A stretch of DNA of 64,000 nt, taken from contig OZ245006.1 of NCBI GenBank assembly GCA_965223545.1, positions 2,560,001 to 2,624,000 of the forward strand. Reading direction: 5' to 3'. Below, piece by piece: positions 27,342 to 35,318 of the stretch. Made by a program: the position numbers and the translations under genes. This DNA is from Planctomycetota bacterium. GTDB taxonomy: Bacteria > Planctomycetota > UBA1135 > UBA2386. Positions within the stretch are counted from its first letter, which is position 1, and the number at the start of each line of letters is the position of its first letter. The notes below the pieces were generated by a model. That model was not told the origin of the DNA. It ran no database searches and was given only the letters and a program-made list of their open reading frames with translations.

Positions 27342-28352
27342 ATGACGACGACGGCCAACGACACCTCCACCCTCTCGCGTTGGGGGGCACTCCGGCCCTA
27401 CGTGCAGATCGCGAGGGTGGATCACTGGTTCAAGAACGCCTTCATGCTGCTGGGGGTCGTCATCGCGCTCTTCTACCGACCGGAGCTGGTCGCGTGGTCG
27501 AGTGCGACCTCGATGCTTATCGCGGTGGCCGCGACTTGCTTGATCTGCTCGAGCAACTACGTGCTCAACGAGGTGCTCGATGCGCAATACGACCGCCTCC
27601 ATCCAACCAAGAGGTTGCGCCCGGTGGCAGCCGGGCTGGTGCGTCCTCGCATCGCACTCGTCGAGTTCCTCGCCCTGGGCGCAGTGGGTTTTTGGGCGGG
27701 CACCGCAGTCAACACGCCCTTCGTCTTGTCGCTTGTTGCGCTGTGGCTGATGGCGTGCGCCTACAACATTCCCCCAATCCGCACGAAGGACGTCCCGTAC
27801 CTCGACGTCCTCTCGGAATCGGTCAACAACCCCATCCGGCTGCTGCTGGGCTGGTTCGCCCTGATCCCGGACGTCCTGCCCCCGGTGTCGCTGATGCTCG
27901 CGTACTGGATGGTGGGCGCGTTCCTCATGGCAGCCAAGCGCCTCGCGGAGCTGCGGAGTCTCGGCGATCCCGCCGTCGCCGCGCGCTATCGCCACTCGTT
28001 CGCGCACTACAACGAGAACCGCCTGCTCGTCAGCATGATGTTCTACGTCAGCTCGGGGGCGCTGTTTTCCGGGATCTTCATCGTCCGCTACAAGCTGGAG
28101 TTGATCCTGAGCGTGCCGATGATCGCCGGGTTCTTCGCATACTACATGTCGCTCGGGCTGCAACCGGACAGCGTCGTCCAGACGCCGGAGAAGCTGCACC
28201 GCAAGCGCGGGTTCTTGCTGTACTCGATGCTCACGACCGGCGTGTTCGTCTGCCTGATGTTCCTCCAGATGCCGTGGCTCTATGAGCTGTTCGGTGTCGC
28301 GCCGCAAACGTTCGGCGGGCAGGTCTTGTGGCGATTGCCGGGGGGCGAGTGA
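27342..28352 (+). CDS. UbiA-family polyprenyl-phosphate phosphoribosyltransferase
   Basis: RVDHWFKN, SSNYVLNEVLDAQYDRLHPTKRLRPVAAG, KRLAEL; polytopic membrane protein. Confidence 0.9.
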   Translation: MTTTANDTSTLSRWGALRPYVQIARVDHWFKNAFMLLGVVIALFYRPELVAWSSATSMLIAVAATCLICSSNYVLNEVLDAQYDRLHPTKRLRPVAAGLVRPRIALVEFLALGAVGFWAGTAVNTPFVLSLVALWLMACAYNIPPIRTKDVPYLDVLSESVNNPIRLLLGWFALIPDVLPPVSLMLAYWMVGAFLMAAKRLAELRSLGDPAVAARYRHSFAHYNENRLLVSMMFYVSSGALFSGIFIVRYKLELILSVPMIAGFFAYYMSLGLQPDSVVQTPEKLHRKRGFLLYSMLTTGVFVCLMFLQMPWLYELFGVAPQTFGGQVLWRLPGGE

Positions 28353-29767
28353 GCACGCCCTCTGAGAAACCGGGACTGCCTGACGACGCCACCCGACGTG
28401 CGGTCCACCCGTCGCCGGCGCAATGGAGCCGGGTGGCGTGGTGCGTGATCGTCTTGGCGCTGGTCACCGGCGCGGCCCTGCGACTCTCCCCCGAGCTGTT
28501 CGAGATCCCGCCCGTCCGCTGGGACGCGATGGAGTATCACCTCGCGGCCCACGAGATCCTCGAGACCGGCGTCTACGCCAACCACTCCCGCGAGCCGCTG
28601 TTTCCCTACCTGCTCGCACTCAGCTACCGCGTGCTCGGCGACGATCTCGTCACCCAGCTGCGCGTGCTCGGCATGCTGTCGATCCTGTCGATGCTGCTCG
28701 GCGTTCTGCTGATGCGACGCACGTTTCCCGACCGCAGCGGTTGGCTCGCCGCGGCCGCGGTCATCCTCTGGGCCGTCGACGGCGATCAACTCGCGTTCGT
28801 GCGTGAGCTGTATTCGTCGTCGCTGCAGGGCGTGCTGCTGGCCGCGGCCCTGCTGGCCCTGGTGAGCGGCGTGCAGCGCGCGAGCGTGTCGCGGTGTATC
28901 GCCGCAGGCGTCTGCATCGGCCTGCTCGGCTTGACCCGAGGGGTCTGGACGGCTCTGGCGTTCCCCGCAGCACTGCTGGCGATCCAAGGCAGTGCGGAGG
29001 GGCGGTGGCGGCGCGGGTTCGCGGTGCTGGCTGCCACGGCGGTCCTGGTCCTGCCGTGGATGGTGCGCAACCAGACGGTGCACGGCTTCTTTGCGCCGGC
29101 GTCGTTGTCGGGCGTGCAGGCCTTCCTGCGCACCTGGCATCTGAAACCGGACGGCGACGAGGGACGGGTCGTGCGCGAAACCGCCGCAGTCGTCCGCGAG
29201 CGCTTCCCCGACCGCGACGGACCCGGGCTGAGTGGGGACATCGCGTTCGTGGTCTACGGCGAGCTGATCGAGCGGGGAATGTCGCGGACCGAGGCGAACG
29301 AGCAGTTCATGGCCATGGCCCGGGAGAGCCTGCTCGCCCGGCCGGGGCCGTACCTCTTCGAGAGCGCGGTCACGCTGACGCGTTTGCTCGGGACCTATGA
29401 CTTCACGTGGCTGTCCGACGACTACCTCGAGGCGATGGACCAACCGATCGAAGTCTCGATCGAGCAGGGCCGATGGCCAATCGCGGCGGCCGAGGTGTTC
29501 TTTCGCTTCGCGGTGCCGCTCCTCGCGATGGCCGCGCTGCTCGTCGGTCTGGCCCTCTCGCTCCGCCGGCGGCAGGCCGGACGGGTGGTGCTGATCGGCA
29601 TGGCGCTCGCCCTCCTCTTTGGCCTGGCCCTGGTCGCGAACGCGGTCGCGATCCGACGCTACCGGAGTGACCTCGACGTCGTGCTCCTGCCGGCAATCGC
29701 CCTGGGGGTGGCGGTCACCCTCGAGCGATTCCGGCGGGCCGCCCCCGGTCGGGTGCAGTCGCGATGA
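28349..29767 (+). CDS. GT-C fold glycosyltransferase (ArnT/PMT-like)
   Basis: WDAMEY, REPLFPYLLA, LPWMVRN, RRYR; many TM helices; GTGA overlap with ubiA-like gene. Confidence 0.8.
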   Translation: MSTPSEKPGLPDDATRRAVHPSPAQWSRVAWCVIVLALVTGAALRLSPELFEIPPVRWDAMEYHLAAHEILETGVYANHSREPLFPYLLALSYRVLGDDLVTQLRVLGMLSILSMLLGVLLMRRTFPDRSGWLAAAAVILWAVDGDQLAFVRELYSSSLQGVLLAAALLALVSGVQRASVSRCIAAGVCIGLLGLTRGVWTALAFPAALLAIQGSAEGRWRRGFAVLAATAVLVLPWMVRNQTVHGFFAPASLSGVQAFLRTWHLKPDGDEGRVVRETAAVVRERFPDRDGPGLSGDIAFVVYGELIERGMSRTEANEQFMAMARESLLARPGPYLFESAVTLTRLLGTYDFTWLSDDYLEAMDQPIEVSIEQGRWPIAAAEVFFRFAVPLLAMAALLVGLALSLRRRQAGRVVLIGMALALLFGLALVANAVAIRRYRSDLDVVLLPAIALGVAVTLERFRRAAPGRVQSR

Positions 29768-30013
29768 AGTTACGGCCCGCCTCCCGACGCTACCAACACA
29801 TTTCGCCGGGCTTCCGTCTTGTACGGACTGAGTGGGGCGAGCTGCTGTAGCCGCGCACCATCCCTCTCCAAGCCTCGAGAGGTTGCCAGCGGCTTCGCCG
29901 CCGACGCCGGGAACCAGAACCAACAGCTACGCTGCAGAAGGAAGAACCAGATCCTTCCAAACCGCCGGATTCGCGCGAACTCACGCAGCCGTCGACACGT
30001 CCGCTACGTGGTT

Positions 30014-32266
30014 TCACTCGGCATCGAGAAAGCTGGCGAGATAGTCCTTGAGCTTCGTTGACACATCTCCGCGGCGGAGGGCCTGCCAGTCGATGCCAAC
30101 CAACTCGGCCGCGATCGACGGCCTCCAGTGGTAGAACTTGCCCTCGATGGCAAGCAGACCGTCCCTGGTCATCCTGGCTAAGAGCTCTTGTCCAAGCTCA
30201 CCTTGCAGAATCCGGGCGTGCTCGACCTTGTCTCGATATCGGGCGAGGCTGCCCTTGCTATGGGAACGGAGCGTCATGACGATGCGCCGGAAACGGCGGT
30301 AGGCAGCTGACATCCGTGGGTCGGTATCGAGAGTCGCCAGGTCATGGCGATAGAAATCCACCCACGGATAGGCCGCCCCGTCGGGCCAGTGGATTCCCAA
30401 CTTGCCGTGGACGACCGGGGGGACGGCTACGGAACTGATGCATCGAAGTGCTTCGAGCAGCACGCCTTGGTCTGCATCTTCCTTGATGCCCGCGTGCGCG
30501 GGAGCATCCTTCACGACAATAGACTTGGCCCGAATGTCCAGGAGACGGCAACGCACGTGGACCGACGGACCGAGGTCCATATCTGCGTCGGAAGCACCGA
30601 GGTCGACTATGCAGGGGACGACGAGCGAGGCATCTCGAAGCTGCCGAGGAAACCGAAGACGATCTTCATAGCTGAGTATCGTCTCGAAACTCTTGTCCGC
30701 GATGGGGGACAACTCGTCGCCTTCCACGAGCAGGATCTCGAGTTCCCCCACGGTCTCCGCCAAATCCTCCGGATCTACGTCCTGCGGGTCGGCGCCCTCA
30801 AGGGTGAACCGGACGCGAATCGTGTCCGTCTCCGCAGACGACAGCGAGTCATACAGAATACCGATCAGTTCGGCCGGAACGAAATCGGCAGCAAGGTCGG
30901 AACGGCTTCCGAAGTAGAAGTCCGCCAGTAGCCGAGATGGCCGATAGGTCGGCTCCTGAACTCGACTTCGCACGGCTTGAAAGAGATCATCTCCTAGCTC
31001 GGTACCCAATGCCCTTGCGACGAGGTAGGAACTGAAGACGGTGTTGGCGATCGTGTGTCCATCGCGAAGGAAGGGGTGCTCGGGAACCCAAGTAGCGATT
31101 TGGAGCTCGTACTGCGCACGAAGACTGCTCGAGCCGTCGAATGGGATCTCCGGAGCGATCCCCAGGACCTGCCCCAACACGCGCTTACACTGCTCGTCCG
31201 GTGTATAGAGGCTGTCCCAATCGGACCAATTCGACGTGTCCGCAATACTCTCGAGAGCCGGGCGCAGGTTTCTCTGGACCTTCTCGACCCTTTCGCGCTC
31301 AAGGATTCGTTCCACAACGTTGCGGAGCAGATTAAGTGGAGCATCCTTGTCGACACCTACGAGCTGTTGCTCGAGGGTCGATCGCAGTTCCGAGTAGTTC
31401 CGTTCGCCGGCGAGCAGGATCGCGACGGCCTCAAGAACAGGTGCGTAGCCGAGGAACTCCCGAGCGGCCGCGGCTTGCGCCGCGCCAGCGGGCCCCTGGA
31501 TCGCCTGCTCGAGATGGCGAAACATAAGGTCGCGCGCACCCTCGAAGGGTTGCCGGTGCCTACGGATCCGATCCGCGGCTCCTGCGAAGGCTTGCTCGCT
31601 GCCAGCATACCGGCGACCCAGGCCCTCGATTCTCCGGTCGATGAACAGCATGGCTTCTGGTCGCGCAAACGGCTCGATCACGAGGAAGCGCGCAGAGACA
31701 CCACGTTCCTGAAACAGGAGCCACGTGTGCTCGCAGATGTTGGTTCGGCCGAACAGGAGCGTGCCGGGCCCGCGACGTGCCTCGACGATCTCCACCAGGT
31801 CCTGCAGAAAGGCCGCGTAGGAAGCTTCGTTCGACTTCAAGCGGGCTTCGTCCAGGGCGTCCACAACGAGCGGCAGCCGTCCTGCGGAGATCTCCCCGAG
31901 CACATCGGCGACATGTTCCACCCCGAACGCTTCGAGAAGGGCGCCTTTGAACGAGTCTGCGGCGAGTGGTCCTCGTGCGGCCAAGTCCCAAAGCGGACAT
32001 CTCACGCGCGCGGCGATCTCTCGCGCAAGTGTGGTTTTGCCTACTGCGCCTGCGGCAGACACGATCACGACGTGTGCTTCCCGGGGTTGCTCGACGTCGC
32101 GGCGCAGTGCTAGCTGAGGAGGAACGAACTCCGGCAGCCCGCGCTCTATGTAGGTGATCCCGGGATTCTCGTTCTGAATCTCGAATCGGGATGCGAGCGT
32201 GAAGCCAGAAATCCCTGATATGAACTCCTCAAAGCTGAGCAAACGGTCATCCTGATTCTCACGCAT
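30014..32266 (-). CDS. Large P-loop NTPase (NACHT/STAND-like)
   Basis: Walker A SAAGAVGKTT, Walker B LVVDALDE, sensor-like LLFGR; composition differs from flanking genes. Confidence 0.75.
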   Translation of the reverse strand: MRENQDDRLLSFEEFISGISGFTLASRFEIQNENPGITYIERGLPEFVPPQLALRRDVEQPREAHVVIVSAAGAVGKTTLAREIAARVRCPLWDLAARGPLAADSFKGALLEAFGVEHVADVLGEISAGRLPLVVDALDEARLKSNEASYAAFLQDLVEIVEARRGPGTLLFGRTNICEHTWLLFQERGVSARFLVIEPFARPEAMLFIDRRIEGLGRRYAGSEQAFAGAADRIRRHRQPFEGARDLMFRHLEQAIQGPAGAAQAAAAREFLGYAPVLEAVAILLAGERNYSELRSTLEQQLVGVDKDAPLNLLRNVVERILERERVEKVQRNLRPALESIADTSNWSDWDSLYTPDEQCKRVLGQVLGIAPEIPFDGSSSLRAQYELQIATWVPEHPFLRDGHTIANTVFSSYLVARALGTELGDDLFQAVRSRVQEPTYRPSRLLADFYFGSRSDLAADFVPAELIGILYDSLSSAETDTIRVRFTLEGADPQDVDPEDLAETVGELEILLVEGDELSPIADKSFETILSYEDRLRFPRQLRDASLVVPCIVDLGASDADMDLGPSVHVRCRLLDIRAKSIVVKDAPAHAGIKEDADQGVLLEALRCISSVAVPPVVHGKLGIHWPDGAAYPWVDFYRHDLATLDTDPRMSAAYRRFRRIVMTLRSHSKGSLARYRDKVEHARILQGELGQELLARMTRDGLLAIEGKFYHWRPSIAAELVGIDWQALRRGDVSTKLKDYLASFLDAE

Positions 32267-32639
32267 TGTGTGGACCTGTATCGCGAAGTAGAGGTCTCTG
32301 ACGGCGGCGTCACTGTGCACCGTTGGTGGTCGTTGTCGAGCCAAGATTCTACGCTCCTGACCGCGTAGAACTCACGGTTCTCAGCACGCGCAGCCCTCGA
32401 CACATGCTTCGATCGCATCGACCGCCGCCTCAAGGGAGCCTCGAGGGTGTCCTTCATGCTCTCGGCGAGGTCGGAGTGGTCGGAGAACTTCGCCGACCTC
32501 AGCGCGCGGAGTTCCTGCTCCAACCCCTCGGGCCAGTCGACGGACGCTTGGGGGAGGGGGGACCCATTGCGGAAGAAGCTACGGCGAGCCCCCCCAGCCC
32601 GAACATGATGGTTGTCATCGTCAGGTTCGTCATTGTCAA

Positions 32640-32805
32640 CAGACGCCTTACTCTTTGGACGAACGACGCTCTCACCGCTACCCGTCGAATCTACGAGCAA
32701 GCCGGGTTCCGCTTGGTGAAGGAAGAACCCCACCACAGCTTCGGCCACGATCTGGTTGGTCAAGACTGGGAGCTCGACTTGACCAACCGTCCGCACGTCC
32801 GCTGA
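32640..32805 (+). pseudogene. C-terminal remnant of a (MarR-)GNAT acetyltransferase
   Basis: [45 protein letters not shown] with no GNAT N-terminus upstream. Confidence 0.8.
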
Positions 32806-32879
32806 CCGATCGTCAGCGGAGCACGTCTCCCTACATCTCGAACTCGCGACACTCGGCCAAGCGGCCGTCGGAGCCGCAA

Positions 32880-33611
32880 TCAAACACTCGGCGGCGACCG
32901 CCGCCAATTGATCGCGCTCCGCAGCACACCGCGCGGCGCGTTCACCGCGGGAGTCGGCAATGCAGCGTCCTGCGCGCGCCGCTCCAGCACCTCACCCCAC
33001 GCCCATTCCTCGCCCACCGGGCAAGCGCAGCGCGCCGCGCACCGCGTCACACAGCCACCGGCACGCCGGTGCTGACCGCAGCGCTCTTCGTCGAGCACGC
33101 CGCTGTCCAACGCACCGGCCGGACACGCGACCACGCAACGACGCTCGCGGCAGTCGGTGCACGGCGGATCGGTCTCGCTCGCTCCTATGCCCGCCGGCGG
33201 AGCCTCGTCGACGAGGAGCGCACCGAGCACCCTCACCCAAGGCCCGAACTGCGGGTGCACCGGCCCCCGCAACAGCGGCGACACCGCCGCGATCCCGGCC
33301 TCCTCCGCCAGAACCCCGAACCGCAGCCACGCCTCGCGCCGGGGACACACGGCCACCACCGACGGTGCTCCGTCGGTCCGCGGCGCCAATTCAGCCTGCA
33401 GGCGGCCGGGCAGATCGGGATCGACCTCCCGATCGCCCGCGACGGCGAGCACCAAGGCGGTGCGCAAGTGCGGCCAGTGCTCGCCGATCCGATGCCCCGC
33501 CGATTGGCAGCGGTCGAACTGCCGCACGTCGACCACGCCAATCAGGTCGACGCCGTGCCGCGCAGCACGGCGGTGCGCGTCCTCCAGTAGAGATCCGGGC
33601 GAGAGCAGCAT
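32880..33611 (-). CDS. QueG-like Fe-S protein
   Basis: HPQFGPWV, CTDCRERRCVVACP, C..C...C..RCACPVG. Confidence 0.75.
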   Translation of the reverse strand: MLLSPGSLLEDAHRRAARHGVDLIGVVDVRQFDRCQSAGHRIGEHWPHLRTALVLAVAGDREVDPDLPGRLQAELAPRTDGAPSVVAVCPRREAWLRFGVLAEEAGIAAVSPLLRGPVHPQFGPWVRVLGALLVDEAPPAGIGASETDPPCTDCRERRCVVACPAGALDSGVLDEERCGQHRRAGGCVTRCAARCACPVGEEWAWGEVLERRAQDAALPTPAVNAPRGVLRSAINWRRSPPSV

Positions 33612-33743
33612 GAGCCGGCAGGGCGGCGCGCTCGCGCACGCCGGGCCCCGTCTTTATTCGCCATGGACGACGCCGAGGCAACCCCCGGACTCCCAGCCCC
33701 CCGGCCGATTCCGCTGGACGGCCGCCGCCGCGACGGGCTAGCC

Positions 33744-33902
33744 TTGGTGCTTCGTTCGTGTGCCAGGGAAGTCCGGTGCAAGGCCGGCGCTGTCCCGCAG
33801 CTGTAACCGAGGACGAAAGCCGTGGAATGCCACCGGCGCGCGTGTGTCACCGCGCCGGGAAGGTGCGGTGAGTAGGACGATCCGGAAGCCAGAAGACCTC
33901 GG
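33744..33902 (+). ncRNA. Cobalamin riboswitch
   Basis: AGGGAAgtcCGGTGcAAggCCGGcgCTGtCCCGCAgCTGTAA...GCCACcG...GGGAAGG...AGCCAGAAGACCT follows the B12-element consensus; ~57 nt before an ATG. Confidence 0.93.
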
Positions 33903-33958
33903 CGCGCATCGTTTCAACCCATGGAGCCGCGGCGCGAGGAAACGCCGCGGGTTGTGTC

Positions 33959-35281
33959 ATGCGACGACTCGCCTACGCGATGTGGGCTACCGCGGCCGGT
34001 CTGTCCGCCGCCCAGCCGATTCCCCAGGTGCGCGAGGGCTACGCCCAGGAGCTGCGCCTCGACGAGAGCACCAATCCGACCGCGTTCACCACGTTTACCG
34101 TGGACCGGAACGGTCTGGTCTACGCCGGCATCGCCGGCCAGGTGGTGGCAATCGATGCCACCGGCAACCGCACGCTGGTGCACGCACTGCCGCCGAACAG
34201 CAGCGTCGGCTTCCTCCACATCACGCCGACCGAGCTCGTCTTCGGCGACTTCGGCACGTCGATCTGGCGGCTGGATCTGGCCACCGGTGCCGTCCAGTCC
34301 GGCAGCATGCCGGCGTTCACCTATGACGTCGTGGTCACCCCCGGCGGGGCACTGTTGGCCAGCGCTGTACCCGGCCTGCTGTCCGGCGGCGACGCCGGCA
34401 TTTGGCTGGTGGACATGGCGGGCGGGCAGCACCGCGAGGTCGTCACCCTTTCCGGACCCTCGGGACCGATCACCATGGGCCCTGGCGGGGAGCTCTACTA
34501 CGCGACCCAGGTGTGGACCTTTCCCACGCCGGCGGGCAGCGTCGACCTGCTGCGCTTCGACGGCGCGACCCTGGCGGCGGCGATCGCCGGCGGGCCACCG
34601 CTGACCAGCGCAAGCGCGAGCGTCGCGGTGCGCGGATTGGATGGCGCCTTCGACCTGGCACGCGACGACCGCGGCCGCATCTACATCAGCGATCCGCAGC
34701 ACGGCGACGTGCGCCGCACTCTGCCGGGAGCCGCCGGCGTCGATCCGAGCGCGTTCGTACCGCGCCCGACCGGCCCGATCGTGCCCGGCGCCCTGCACCT
34801 CAGCTACATCGAGGCCGGCGCCGCCACCTTCGATCCGTTCCAACCCGACACCGGCGGCACGCTGTACGCCTCGTTCTCCGACTTCGCATCGATTGCCGAA
34901 GTGCACCAGGTCCGCACTGCCCGTCCGGGCTTGGTGTCGGCGCCCTCCAGCCCGGCGCCGCCCGGCAACGTGCAGTTCGGCCTCGATGGGCTGCCGCCGC
35001 TCGCCGCGGTCGCGCTCTGCTTCAGCGACCGCCCCGCCGTGCCCGAGTCTCCCCTGCTCGTGCTGTCCGGCACGCCGGTGTGGAATGGGCTCGACTGGCG
35101 CACTCCGCCCGTAGTCGTCCCGCTGCTCGCGTCGAGCACCGGCCTGGCGAGCACCGTCATCCGCAACCCCGGTGGCACGGCATTGACCTTGGCGTGCCAG
35201 GCCTACGCCCTGCGTTCGGTCGCCGGGAGTGGTAACGAAGTCGGCAGCACACCGGTCTACACTCTGACAGTGCTCCCCTGA
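33959..35281 (+). CDS. Cobalamin-regulated secreted beta-propeller protein
   Basis: Signal peptide (SAA-Q), blade repeats (TVDRNG, VVTPGG, TMGPGG, ARDDRG), shared C-terminal domain. Confidence 0.8.
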   Translation: MRRLAYAMWATAAGLSAAQPIPQVREGYAQELRLDESTNPTAFTTFTVDRNGLVYAGIAGQVVAIDATGNRTLVHALPPNSSVGFLHITPTELVFGDFGTSIWRLDLATGAVQSGSMPAFTYDVVVTPGGALLASAVPGLLSGGDAGIWLVDMAGGQHREVVTLSGPSGPITMGPGGELYYATQVWTFPTPAGSVDLLRFDGATLAAAIAGGPPLTSASASVAVRGLDGAFDLARDDRGRIYISDPQHGDVRRTLPGAAGVDPSAFVPRPTGPIVPGALHLSYIEAGAATFDPFQPDTGGTLYASFSDFASIAEVHQVRTARPGLVSAPSSPAPPGNVQFGLDGLPPLAAVALCFSDRPAVPESPLLVLSGTPVWNGLDWRTPPVVVPLLASSTGLASTVIRNPGGTALTLACQAYALRSVAGSGNEVGSTPVYTLTVLP

Positions 35282-35318
35282 CCCCGCCGGGTGAGCCGGC
35301 CACTGACGATCGCCTGAC

